Part shown: one piece after another, positions 29,742 through 39,186 of the stretch
Numbering within the stretch: the stretch's first letter is position 1
Layout of the letters: every line of letters starts with the position of its first letter
Assembly: GCA_038231435.1 (NCBI GenBank)
Contig: JBBRLJ010000040.1
Location: 1 to 46,371, forward strand
Direction: 5' to 3'
Length of the DNA stretch: 46,371 nucleotides
Origin: Planctomycetota bacterium
GTDB lineage: Bacteria; Planctomycetota; UBA11346
Notes under the pieces: generated by a model
Database searches by the model: none
What the model was told of the DNA's origin: nothing
Seen by the model: the letters and a program-made list of their open reading frames with translations, nothing else
Translations under genes and position numbers: made by a program

Positions 29742-31385
29742 ATGACCGATCATGATGACGAGCACCTCGCCGATGACGATCAGGTCGCGGAGACTCTGGG
29801 CGACGAACCGATGGAGGGCGACGACGAGCAGCCGCGGCACTTCGGCGGCTGGACGGGGTGGCTGATCAGTTTCTCGTTCCACGCGCTGCTGATCCTGCTG
29901 CTCAGCGGCGTCTATTGGCTGGTCAAGGAGCCGGACACCGACACCCCGCCGGTGCGCGTGGCCACCATCGAGACTCCGCCGAAGAAGGAGGACAAGCCCA
30001 AGCCCGATCGCCAGCTCGAAACCACTGTCGAACTCGATGTCTCGACCGTCGCCGATACCAATGCGCCGATCACCGCCCTCGACGTCCCGGTCGAGACCAC
30101 CGAACGTGAAGAGGAATCCGAGGCGACGACCGCCAAGGGCCGCGAGGAGGCGGTGGCCGACTCGGAGATGGGCAACACCGGCGCCTTCATGGCCATCGGC
30201 GCCGGAGGCGGGTCGGCAGGCATGTTCGGCAGCCGCACCGGTGGGGGCAAGAAGCGCGCGCTCAGCCGGTACGGTGGCAGCCGCGGCAGCGAGAGCGCCG
30301 TCGACGCGGCGCTGCGCTGGTTCAAGAAGCATCAGAGCCCGAACGGCATGTGGGATCACGTCACCTACGTCGCCAACTGCACCGAGAACCCGAAGTGCGA
30401 ACCGGGCGAGACGCCTGCGGCCAATGTCGACGCGGCCATGACCGGCTACGCCGTGCTGTGCTTCCTCGGCGCCGGATACGACCACCAGACCCCGAACAAG
30501 TACAAGGCGGTGGTGAAGAAAGGGCTCGATTACCTGGTCTCGGTCCAGACTCCGGCCGGCGCCTTCGGCGTCACCAACTACGAGAACGCCATCGCCACCA
30601 TGGCGCTGGCCGAAGCCTATGCGATGACCGGCGACGCGACGCTCAAGAAGCCAGCGCAGCAGGGCGTGGACACCATCCTGGCCCGGCAGAACCAGGCGGG
30701 CGGCGCCGCGCCGGATCCGGCGAAGAAGAACGAAGGCTACGGCAACGGCCTGGGCTGGGACTACGTCGGCCCAGACAACCGCAACGATTCGTCGGTCTCG
30801 GGCTGGAACGTGATGGCACTCAAGAGCGCGATGGCCGGTCAGCTGAACATCGGCAACGGCATGGAGGGCGCCAAGCGCTGGCTCGAACGAACCTGGAAGG
30901 CGGCCAACCCCGACTGGGCGAAACTCGACGCCTACCATGGCGAATCCGATTTCCCGTACTGCTACGATGACACCACCGGCAAGTTCGATGGCCCGGGCCG
31001 CGCCTGCCTGGGCGAGGTCTGCGCCGTGTTCCTCGGCCATCACGCCGGCGATGTCATGCTCGAATCGCTCGCCAATTACGTCATGGCGAAGAACATGCCC
31101 GCCGCGTTCCCCTGCAACGCCTACTACCTGTACTACAACACCATGGGCATCTTCCAGGTCGGAGGCGAGCGCTGGCAGAAATGGAACACCACGGTGCGCG
31201 ATCTGCTGGTGAACGCCCAGCGCAAGGGCGACGGCTGCTTCGATGGCAGCTGGGATGGCGCCGCGCTGACTCCCGGAGGCAAGAATGGCCGCGTCTTCCA
31301 GACCGCACTCTGCTGCCTGTCACTCGAGGTCTACTACCGCTACGCCCAGGTGCAGGCCGACGCACCGGGCGGAAAGAAGAAGTAG
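29742..31385 (+). CDS. Prenyltransferase/squalene-cyclase (QW) repeat protein, membrane anchored
   Basis: Acidic N-terminus, TM WLISFSFHALLILLL, repeats HQSPNGMW / VQTPAGAF / AQRK..DGSW, C-terminal LSLEVYYRY. Confidence 0.8.
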   Translation: MTDHDDEHLADDDQVAETLGDEPMEGDDEQPRHFGGWTGWLISFSFHALLILLLSGVYWLVKEPDTDTPPVRVATIETPPKKEDKPKPDRQLETTVELDVSTVADTNAPITALDVPVETTEREEESEATTAKGREEAVADSEMGNTGAFMAIGAGGGSAGMFGSRTGGGKKRALSRYGGSRGSESAVDAALRWFKKHQSPNGMWDHVTYVANCTENPKCEPGETPAANVDAAMTGYAVLCFLGAGYDHQTPNKYKAVVKKGLDYLVSVQTPAGAFGVTNYENAIATMALAEAYAMTGDATLKKPAQQGVDTILARQNQAGGAAPDPAKKNEGYGNGLGWDYVGPDNRNDSSVSGWNVMALKSAMAGQLNIGNGMEGAKRWLERTWKAANPDWAKLDAYHGESDFPYCYDDTTGKFDGPGRACLGEVCAVFLGHHAGDVMLESLANYVMAKNMPAAFPCNAYYLYYNTMGIFQVGGERWQKWNTTVRDLLVNAQRKGDGCFDGSWDGAALTPGGKNGRVFQTALCCLSLEVYYRYAQVQADAPGGKKK

Positions 31386-31506
31386 CTGTCGACTCGGGTT
31401 GACGCAGGCGATTGAGCGAAGAATCGGAGTGTCAGCTCCGTCAGTGCTCGGCCGTGGTGCCAACGGATTCAGCTGACCTCACCCGGCCGACGCGAGCCAT
31501 CTGTGG

Positions 31507-31545
31507 AAAAAAAAGTAACCCCGGGGATACCCCGGGGTTCTCGTT
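31507..31545. terminator. Probable bidirectional intrinsic terminator
   Basis: AACCCCGGGG-ATA-CCCCGGGGTT (31517-31539) with A8 on the left, giving a U-tract for the minus-strand rpmB-tRNA transcript. Confidence 0.75.
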
Positions 31546-31598
31546 TGTGCGCTGTCTCGCACCCGTCGCACATGGATCGGGTTGGATGCTGTAGCCAT

Positions 31599-31672
31599 TG
31601 GAGGCGCCACCCAGAATCGAACTGGGATATACGGATTTGCAATCCGCTGCGTAGCCATTCCGCCATGGCGCC
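31599..31672 (-). tRNA. tRNA-Cys (GCA)
   Basis: GGCGCCATGGCGGAATGGCTACGCAGCGGATTGCAAATCCGTATATCCCAGTTCGATTCTGGGTGGCGCCTCCA; 74 nt cloverleaf, U73 discriminator, encoded CCA. Confidence 0.97.
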
Positions 31673-31709
31673 GTGTGGACCTTCCCGGAGGAAGGTCCGG
31701 AAAATCGGT

Positions 31710-31961
31710 TCAGACCGCCGCGGGCTTGGCGACGCGCGAGGGCTTGATGACCAGGCCGCGCTTGATGGCGCGGGTCGAGACCCAGACGCTCTTGATGCGC
31801 CCGTCGATGACGCAGCGGATCTTCTTCAGGTTCGGCTTCACCATGCGCTTGGTGCGGCCCTTGATCTTGTTGCCCACGCCACCATCGCGGCGGGCACCCT
31901 TTTCCGCCTTCGTCCAGCCGGAAGTCGATTTGCGGCCGGTGAATACACATACGCGTGGCAT
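31710..31961 (-). CDS. rpmB: 50S ribosomal protein L28
   Basis: MPRVCVFTGRK...GRTKRMVKPNL...VSTRAIK with the GGVG insertion typical of PVC bacteria. Confidence 0.9.
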   Translation of the reverse strand: MPRVCVFTGRKSTSGWTKAEKGARRDGGVGNKIKGRTKRMVKPNLKKIRCVIDGRIKSVWVSTRAIKRGLVIKPSRVAKPAAV

Positions 31962-32118
31962 TGGAAGGCTCCGTGATTGTAATCGCGCGTCGGATGCCAC
32001 TCGTGAAGTGGGTGGCGGCTCGCCGATGCGGTCCCAGTGAAAGAGGGACCTTTATAAGGCACTTACGACGAGGTCAAGGCGAGGATCAGGGAGCGACCAT
32101 GGACGGATCGGGGTACCA

Positions 32119-33039
32119 ATGAGCGTGGAAAGCGGATTCCTCGACCTCCAGGTCAACGGCTACGGGGGCATCGACTTCAACCAGGACGGTCTCACCGCCG
32201 CGGACCTGCGCACCGCTTGCGACGCGCTCGCGCGCGATGGGGTCGCGGGCATCCTGGCCACGCTGATCACCGATTCCCTGCCCGCTATGTGCACCCGCCT
32301 GCGCTCTCTGGTCGGCCTGCGCGAGCGCGATGAGCTGGCCAAGCGGGTGATCCGCGGCATCCACCTCGAAGGGCCGTTCATCAATGAGACCGTGGGGTAT
32401 CGCGGGGCCCATCCGCTGGACGCCATCGTGCCCGCAGGCCTCGACGCCATGCAACGTCTTCTCGACGCCGGCTCCGGACTGGTCCGGCTGGTGACCTTGG
32501 CGCCCGAGCGCGATCCCGGCCTGGCGGTAACCCGGATGCTCGTCCGCCAAGGCATCGTGGTCTCGGCCGGCCACACCGATGCCAGCCTCGATCAGCTGCG
32601 CGCTGCGGCCGACGCCGGACTGAGCATGGTCACTCATCTCGGCAACGGCACGCCCATGCAGATGCATCGGCACGACAACATCGTGCAGCGCGCGCTGTCG
32701 CTCAGCGACCGTCTGTGGCTGTGCTTCATCGCCGATGGCGCGCACGTGCCGTTCGTCGCGCTGGGCAACTACTTGCGTTCGGCGACGATTGAGCGCTGCA
32801 TCGTGGTCAGCGACGCGATCGCGCCGGCGGGCCTGGGTCCGGGAAGGTTCACCCTCGGTCGTTGGGATCTGCTCATCGGCGAGGATCTGGTCGCGCGCTC
32901 ACCCGACGGCTCGCACTTCGTCGGCTCCGCGATCAGCCTGCCGCGTGCGGCGCGGAACCTGCGCGAGCATCTCGGCCTGTCGGGTCCCGAGGTGGAGGCG
33001 CTCACCTGTCGCAATCCGAGGGTGGCACTGGGTCGGTGA
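32119..33039 (+). CDS. nagA: N-acetylglucosamine-6-phosphate deacetylase family
   Basis: GFLDLQVNGYGG, GIHLEGPF, VTLAPE, SAGHTDA, THLGN, IADGAHV, VSDA. Confidence 0.88.
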   Translation: MSVESGFLDLQVNGYGGIDFNQDGLTAADLRTACDALARDGVAGILATLITDSLPAMCTRLRSLVGLRERDELAKRVIRGIHLEGPFINETVGYRGAHPLDAIVPAGLDAMQRLLDAGSGLVRLVTLAPERDPGLAVTRMLVRQGIVVSAGHTDASLDQLRAAADAGLSMVTHLGNGTPMQMHRHDNIVQRALSLSDRLWLCFIADGAHVPFVALGNYLRSATIERCIVVSDAIAPAGLGPGRFTLGRWDLLIGEDLVARSPDGSHFVGSAISLPRAARNLREHLGLSGPEVEALTCRNPRVALGR

Positions 33040-33212
33040 TTTTCGGAGGGACTCCCGCGCCGTCTTGTCCCCTGGCCTCCAGGCGTCGATCATCGCCATC
33101 GGCGGCGAGCGCGGCCCGTGACGCCGGCCTTGGGAGCATGCCTGGCTTGGGAGATCGTCCGGTATTGACGAGGACGCGCGCGATGCCGTGGTGGCTGCGC
33201 CGGCTCGTCTGA

Positions 33213-35264
33213 TCAACGCGAACGGGGTCCGACGCCGGCCATCTCCAAGGGCTCGAAGCCCAGGCCCAGCGCCGGCGATCCGGGCAGCAGGGTGAAGTCG
33301 CCGTTGGCGGGATCGACGAAACAGGGATCCGCCAGGAGCGAGTGCGGATCGTTGCCCGCGGCTTGCCACGGCATGAACGGCCCTTTCGAGAATCGCACCT
33401 CGCCGGATGGGTCGCCGGAGAAACCGTAGCAATTCAGGTCCAGCAGGAAGTGACCGTCGTTCCAGGTGCCGTCCAGTAGCGCGCCACTGTTCCAGAGCAC
33501 GATGTTGCGCACGAACGCGAAGCTCTGGTGGGGTTCCTCCTTGCTCCGCCGGATCTGGAATTCACGGCCGTAGGCGAAGATGTTGTTCCGCACCACGTTG
33601 TCGCGCCCGTAGTGCTGGTGGAAACCGCCGCTCTTGGTGCGGTAGACGAGGTTGCGTTCGATGACGATGTCGCTCGAGCCCTCGTCGGTGTAGATGCCCC
33701 AGCCACCGTAGCCGTGCGAGTCGACGTCATGGATGCGATTGCCACGGATCACCGTGCCAGGCTGCACCCCGAGCGTATAGATGCCGCCCATGTCGCTGAG
33801 CAGGCCCTGTCCAACGTCGTGGATGTCGTTCTCAGCTATCAGGTTGCCGTGGCTCGCGTTCGGCGCGTACCCCCACACCCATCCCACCGAGATGCCGGTG
33901 TAGTACAGGTGATGGATGAGGTTGTGGGCATAGACGCATTCGGCGGCGTGCATCGAGAGGATGCCGGCCCCGCTGCGGTGGATCTCGCCGAGATGGTGCA
34001 GGCGGTTGTCGGTGGCGGTGATGCGCGAGGTGCGCAGCGCGTCAGGAGACTTGGCGTCTGCGCCACCAATAATCAGTCCGCCGGCTCCCAGGTCCGCGCA
34101 CTCGTTGCCGACCAGGCGGATGTCGTGGCAGCCCGAGCCGACCTCGATGCCATAGGTGCCGCAGTGGCTGATCACGCAGTCGGTGACCGCGCAGTCGATC
34201 GCGCCGGTGAATCTGATCGCTCCGGGAACCATCGCAGCCGACTGCGAATCGCCCGCCTGGTTTGCCGGCAGCTGCCATTCCGCATGCTGGAAGGCCAGGC
34301 CGCGCAGCTCGACTCCGCTGACCAGTTCGCCTTTCCCGGGGCGGCCGTCGAAACTCGCCAGGCAGGACAAGGCAGGCATCCACGCGTCGGAGGTCGTCAT
34401 GTCCTCGCCGGGCATCGGCAGGTACCTGACGATGCCGGTCACGCGATCGAGATGCCATTCGCCGGGATCGGTCAGCGCCTCGGCGACGTTCTCGATCCAA
34501 TATCGTCCCGGCATGTGCGTGTGGTCGTCGGTGAATCGCCGGCCAGACTTTTGGCGGAAGCGCACCGTCCTGGACCCGGCATCGATGGATGCGATCCCCA
34601 GGTGCGAATCGGTCCAGAAGTGCGGCACTACCACCTCGATGTCCTGGATGCCTGTCCAGTCCGGGCGCAGATCGCCCTCGGCGAACTGGAATGAATCCGA
34701 CGAGGTGTCGTATGGCGCCTTGGGATCGAGTTCGGGCAATGCCGCGATGGTGAAGCAGCCGCTCTTCGGCAGGCGGGCGCGCGGGCGGCGGATTCCGTTC
34801 ACGAACAGTTCGTGCGGGTACAGCTTCCCCGCGGCGACTTCGGGAACCGTCGCCTGCCAGATTCCCCCATCGCCGCGTTTCCAGCCGGCGATGCGGATGC
34901 CGCCATCGATGACCGGCCGTACACCGGGCGCGGCCTCGTAGATCACCTTGGTGCCGATCGAGTCCTCGGGCAGGAAGCGCAGCGGCTCGACCAGTCGATA
35001 GGTCCCGGCGTGGACGCTCACGCGCAGCTCGACCGGGGTCTCGCGCATGGGCGTCTCGCGCACCGCGCGCCGCGCACGATCGATGGTGGCGAACGGGCCG
35101 TCGTCCTTCGCTGCGTTCGGTTCGGCCAGACGTCCCGACCAGGCGTCATTTCCCACCACGCTCACGTGGAACCAGGCCTCGGCATCCGCTGCGTGTGCGA
35201 GCCGGAGACACGCCAGCATCGGCAACAGAGCCAGAACGCGCCGCGGCCGGAGCACGTCGCGCAT
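33213..35264 (-). CDS. Secreted right-handed parallel beta-helix (pectin lyase fold) protein, probably carbohydrate-active
   Basis: Signal peptide; GNDAWSG..DGPFAT, PRARLP, YTGISVGWVWG, DMGGIYTLG, GIYTDEGSS; ATG overlaps the tldE stop (GTG 35267 alternative). Confidence 0.85.
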   Translation of the reverse strand: MRDVLRPRRVLALLPMLACLRLAHAADAEAWFHVSVVGNDAWSGRLAEPNAAKDDGPFATIDRARRAVRETPMRETPVELRVSVHAGTYRLVEPLRFLPEDSIGTKVIYEAAPGVRPVIDGGIRIAGWKRGDGGIWQATVPEVAAGKLYPHELFVNGIRRPRARLPKSGCFTIAALPELDPKAPYDTSSDSFQFAEGDLRPDWTGIQDIEVVVPHFWTDSHLGIASIDAGSRTVRFRQKSGRRFTDDHTHMPGRYWIENVAEALTDPGEWHLDRVTGIVRYLPMPGEDMTTSDAWMPALSCLASFDGRPGKGELVSGVELRGLAFQHAEWQLPANQAGDSQSAAMVPGAIRFTGAIDCAVTDCVISHCGTYGIEVGSGCHDIRLVGNECADLGAGGLIIGGADAKSPDALRTSRITATDNRLHHLGEIHRSGAGILSMHAAECVYAHNLIHHLYYTGISVGWVWGYAPNASHGNLIAENDIHDVGQGLLSDMGGIYTLGVQPGTVIRGNRIHDVDSHGYGGWGIYTDEGSSDIVIERNLVYRTKSGGFHQHYGRDNVVRNNIFAYGREFQIRRSKEEPHQSFAFVRNIVLWNSGALLDGTWNDGHFLLDLNCYGFSGDPSGEVRFSKGPFMPWQAAGNDPHSLLADPCFVDPANGDFTLLPGSPALGLGFEPLEMAGVGPRSR

Positions 35265-36670
35265 CACGTCCCGCCCACCGTGAATCCATCAATCAGCATG
35301 CTGGGGCTCGACACCGAGGTCTGATCGAGCGGATCGTCGCCGATGGCACGGATGCCCTGGAAGATCTCAGCGAGATTGCCCGCGATCGTCACCTCTTGCA
35401 CGGGATGGGTGATGCGGCCGTCGACGACCTGGAATCCAGACACGCCCTTCGAGATCGTGCCACTGGCGATGTCGACCCCGAAGCCGTGGAACTGGTGGAC
35501 GACGAGCCCGGTCCCGAGTTCGCGCAGCAGATCGTCCCAACTCGCGGAGCCTGGCACCACCCGCACGTTGGTATGGCCGCCGAGGTGCCCGGTGTACGGA
35601 TGGCCGAGACGCCGGGCCGCATAGCCGTCGACCAGGAAGCTCGCCAGGCGGCCGCTCTCGATGATCGACGTGGTGCGACTGCGCACTCCCTCGCCATCGC
35701 ATGGACGGCTGGCCAATCCATGGCGGATCATCGGTTCGTCGATGACGGTCAGCGCCGGAGCGGCGACCTGCTGGCCGAGCTTGGCCGCTAGGAAGGTCGA
35801 GCCGCGGTAGACGGCTCCGCCGCTGGCAGCCTGGATGATCAGCCCGAGCAGGCTGCTCGCGACGTCGCGGTGCAGCAGCACGCGCGTCGGGCCGCTGGGG
35901 ATCTTGCGCCAGCCGAAGCCACGGATCGCGCGGCTGCCGGCCTCGGCCCCGATGATCGCGACCGGCTTGAGATCCGCCAACCGCCGCGCCGAGGTACCGT
36001 AACCACCGGTCTGGCGCTCACCGGATGCGTCCTGAGCCACCACGGTGGCGTAGTAGCCGAAGCCGGTGCTGGCCTTGCCCGCGCGCACGCCCGCGGTCGA
36101 GACATAGCGCGATTCGGAGCGCGAAGCGCTCACGCCGGAACGGTGGCTGTTGGTGATGCGCGGGTCGACCGCGAAGGCGAGGCGTTCAGCGTCCACCGCC
36201 AGGTGGATGAGCCGATCGTGGTCGAGACGAGCATAAGCCGGGTCGTCGCTGTCGAGATCCCCCTCGGCGAGGCCGCATTCGCTCGTCGGCGGCAGACCCG
36301 CCCAGGCATCGGCATCGCCAAAGGCGCTGAGCTCGATGGCCTTCGCCGCGGTGGCGCGCACCGAGGCCTCGGAGGTGTCGGACGTCGAGCAGGTCGCGAA
36401 ACGGTTGCCCGGCCCAAACGCGGTGACGCGCATGCCGCTGGTGCCCGCTCCCTCCACCTTCTCGACCTCGCCTTTGCGCACCTGCGCCGACCATTCGTCG
36501 CGCCGCGACCAGCCCGCTTCGCCAGCGCAACCGGCCGCGCGCAACGCGCCGATCGCAAGCTCGAGCAGCGCCTCTCCGATCCGGGCCTTGGCGGCGTCGG
36601 AAGAGGCCTCCGACGAGGTCGAGGAGGGAGAGGAGGGAGATGAGGGAGATGAGGGAGACGCGGCGCTCAT
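35264..36670 (-). CDS. pmbA: TldE/PmbA family metalloprotease subunit
   Basis: ASRPCDGEGV, HPVQEVTIAGNL, VSSPSMLI; ATG overlaps the tldD stop. Confidence 0.88.
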   Translation of the reverse strand: MSAASPSSPSSPSSPSSTSSEASSDAAKARIGEALLELAIGALRAAGCAGEAGWSRRDEWSAQVRKGEVEKVEGAGTSGMRVTAFGPGNRFATCSTSDTSEASVRATAAKAIELSAFGDADAWAGLPPTSECGLAEGDLDSDDPAYARLDHDRLIHLAVDAERLAFAVDPRITNSHRSGVSASRSESRYVSTAGVRAGKASTGFGYYATVVAQDASGERQTGGYGTSARRLADLKPVAIIGAEAGSRAIRGFGWRKIPSGPTRVLLHRDVASSLLGLIIQAASGGAVYRGSTFLAAKLGQQVAAPALTVIDEPMIRHGLASRPCDGEGVRSRTTSIIESGRLASFLVDGYAARRLGHPYTGHLGGHTNVRVVPGSASWDDLLRELGTGLVVHQFHGFGVDIASGTISKGVSGFQVVDGRITHPVQEVTIAGNLAEIFQGIRAIGDDPLDQTSVSSPSMLIDGFTVGGT

Positions 36671-38088
36671 GCCCGGCCTCCGACCGTCATCTCGCTGATC
36701 AGGGTGGTCGGCAGTCCCTGCCCGACCGGGCAGCCCTGGCCGTCCTTGCCACAGGTCCACATGCCGTCGGACAATGCGAGGTCGTGCCCGACCTTGGCGA
36801 CGCGGCGCAGCACTTCCGGGCCGTTGCCGATCAGGGTCGCTCCGCGCACCGGCCGCCCGATGCGGCCGTCCTCGATGAGATAGGCTTCGCGGACGTGGAA
36901 GTTGAAGTCGCCCTTGCTGATGTCCACCGATCCGCCACCGAAGTTCACGGCGTACAGGCCCCGCTCCACTGAACGGATGATCTCGCCCGGGTCGTCGGAT
37001 CCCGCCGCCAGGTAGGTGACGCGCATGCGTGGGATCGGCACCGACGCGTAGCTCTCGCGGCGACCATTGCCGGTCGGTTCGACGCCCATCAGACGCGCCG
37101 AGAGGCGATCGTTGAGGTAGCCCTTCAAGCGGCCATTCTCGATCAGCACGGTCTTCCCTGGCACCACGCCTTCGTCGTCGACGTTGATACAGCCGCGATC
37201 GTTGGCGATGGTGCCGTCATCGACGACGGTGACGAGCGGGCTCGCGACCATCTCGCCGACCTTGCCGGAATAGGTGCTGACGCCCTTGCGGTTGAAATCG
37301 GCTTCCAGGCCGTGCCCCACCGCCTCGTGGATGAGGATGCCGCTGGTCGCGGGCGCCAGCACCACCGGCATCGCGCCAGCCGGACATTCGACTGCTGACA
37401 GCAGCGTCATCGCCTGTTTCGCCGCTTCGTCCGCCAGCGCCTCGGGAGTCCGACGCGTGAAATATTCCAGGCCGACACGCCCTCCGCCGCCTGAATTGCC
37501 GGTCTCGCGCCGGTCCCCCTCGCGCGCGATCACGTTCACCCCGGCGCGCAGCATCGGGCGGCGATCGCTGACGAAGGTGCCGTCGCTGGCGGCGATGGTG
37601 ACCTGGTCCTCGCCGTCGGCGATGTAGCAGCTGACCCAGTGGACACGGGCATCGTGCGCGAAGGCGCGCTCGCTCATGCGCTTGAGCAGCGCGATGCGTT
37701 CGCCTGTGGCGACCGAAACCAGCGGACGATCGACGCGGTAGCGATCCGGCAACCCCACCAGCTCGCCGAGCGCAGTCGCCCGCGCCTGCGCGCCGCTGGC
37801 GATGAGCGCTGCGCGCCGCGCGGTGGCGAGCATGGTCGCTTCGTCGAGATCCTCGCAATAGGCGTAGCCGGTGCGTTCACCGCTGACCACGCGGATGCCG
37901 ACCCCGAGGCTGACGTCCTCGCGAGCGGTCTTGACCTTCCCCTCCTCGTACGAGATCGAGCGGCTCACCGAGCGCTGGGCGTAGACGTCGGCCGCGTCGC
38001 CACCGCGCGACAAGGCGGCCGAGAGCAGCCTTTCGCAGCTCGCCGGCGTGAGCAGATGGGCAACGGTCTCGCGGTCTGGAGAGGACAT
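36667..38088 (-). CDS. tldD: TldD metalloprotease
   Basis: GVGIRV, ILIHEAVGHGLEAD (HExxxH), DDEG, GNGRRESY, CGKDGQ.CPVGQG.PT. Confidence 0.93.
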   Translation of the reverse strand: MSSPDRETVAHLLTPASCERLLSAALSRGGDAADVYAQRSVSRSISYEEGKVKTAREDVSLGVGIRVVSGERTGYAYCEDLDEATMLATARRAALIASGAQARATALGELVGLPDRYRVDRPLVSVATGERIALLKRMSERAFAHDARVHWVSCYIADGEDQVTIAASDGTFVSDRRPMLRAGVNVIAREGDRRETGNSGGGGRVGLEYFTRRTPEALADEAAKQAMTLLSAVECPAGAMPVVLAPATSGILIHEAVGHGLEADFNRKGVSTYSGKVGEMVASPLVTVVDDGTIANDRGCINVDDEGVVPGKTVLIENGRLKGYLNDRLSARLMGVEPTGNGRRESYASVPIPRMRVTYLAAGSDDPGEIIRSVERGLYAVNFGGGSVDISKGDFNFHVREAYLIEDGRIGRPVRGATLIGNGPEVLRRVAKVGHDLALSDGMWTCGKDGQGCPVGQGLPTTLISEMTVGGRA

Positions 38089-38216
38089 GCGCGGATGATC
38101 TGGCCGTGGGTCGGCAAGGACAGGCGAAATCCACCACTGCCTCGGCGAGACTCCTGACTCGCCGCGACGGCTGGCTCGGCGCGACCGCTGCCTCGGCGCG
38201 AACAGGACCCGCCGGG

Positions 38217-38927
38217 CTAGTTCTTCCCCAGCCGCGCGAAGGCGAACTCCTCGCCGCTGTCGGCGATGGAAACCAGGTCGTATCCCGCGCCACGGACCGC
38301 GGCGATGGCCGCGAGCGTGCGGTCGAGGCCGATCTCGGGGAAACGATGGTGGAACTCGACGAGCAGTTGTAGCGGCCTGATCCCGGCCGCGAGCAGATCG
38401 TCGAGGGCGCGGTATTCGGAGCCCTCGATGTCCATCTTCAGCAGGTCGATGCGCTCGTGTCCCAGGCCGTCCATGATGGTGCGCAGGCGCCGCAGCTGCA
38501 CGCGGATCTCCTGCGCCGTATGTTCGGCTTTGAAGGTGGTGCCTGAAACGTGCTCCTCGAGCGTGGGCAGGAAGAACGTCCCCTCGCCATCGGCGTCCGA
38601 CAGGCCCACGGGTGTGAAGACCAGGCCTTCGCACCGCGCCGCCTCCACGTACGCGCACGAGCGCGGCGTCGGATCGAAGGCATGCACGGTGACGCCATAG
38701 GCGCCAATCACGGAGCGTTCGAAGGCGATGTCCTCGCCAATGCCGAACGAGTACACCACCGCATCACGCGCCAGCGACGCACGCAGCATGCTCCAGCTGC
38801 CATAGCCCTCGCCGTGGGTCTCGATCGCCACCCGCTTCACCGGGCCGAACCGCCTCGCGAGGTGGCGGCGCTGGCGGAAGGTGGATACCGCCTGCCGCAT
38901 GCGCGACACGAATCCGGTCGATGTCAT
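38217..38927 (-). CDS. FkbM-family methyltransferase
   Basis: VVYSFGIGEDIAFE, AFDPTP, IDLLKMDIEGSE, QLLVEFHH; start may be further upstream (GTG 39008). Confidence 0.85.
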   Translation of the reverse strand: MTSTGFVSRMRQAVSTFRQRRHLARRFGPVKRVAIETHGEGYGSWSMLRASLARDAVVYSFGIGEDIAFERSVIGAYGVTVHAFDPTPRSCAYVEAARCEGLVFTPVGLSDADGEGTFFLPTLEEHVSGTTFKAEHTAQEIRVQLRRLRTIMDGLGHERIDLLKMDIEGSEYRALDDLLAAGIRPLQLLVEFHHRFPEIGLDRTLAAIAAVRGAGYDLVSIADSGEEFAFARLGKN

Positions 38928-38928
38928 G

Positions 38929-38988
38929 GTGCCGAACTCAGTGCCGGACTCAGTATCGGACTTAGTACCGGAAACAGCGCCGGGCCAA
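38929..38988. repeat. Degenerate 12-bp tandem repeat (about 5 units)
   Basis: GTGCCGAACTCA GTGCCGGACTCA GTATCGGACTTA GTACCGGAAACA GCGCCGGGCCAA. Confidence 0.7.
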
Positions 38989-39186
38989 ACCATCGGACTC
39001 GCGTCCACCGCCCGTTCTGGCGGGCGGCTCTGGCGACGATGATCGCGTTGACGGTCATGGCGCGATGATCATGCCTGACTTGCTCGGGGAGCCAGCCGCG
39101 TCCGTGCGCGCCGGACGCCCCAGGCCCCTGACGACCGTGTTCCATGAAATCACGTGACCATGCGTTCAACGCTGGAACATGTCGCC

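Noticed and set aside
29742..31385. Squalene-hopene cyclase
   Set aside because: QW-like repeats are present, but the DxDD catalytic motif and two-domain length are missing.
26991..31598. Genomic island integrated at tRNA-Cys
   Set aside because: No integrase, no duplicate of the tRNA 3' end seen, and no evident compositional shift.
31677..31698. Terminator between rpmB and tRNA-Cys
   Set aside because: The 9-bp hairpin has no U-tract on the minus strand; more likely a processing or stability hairpin.
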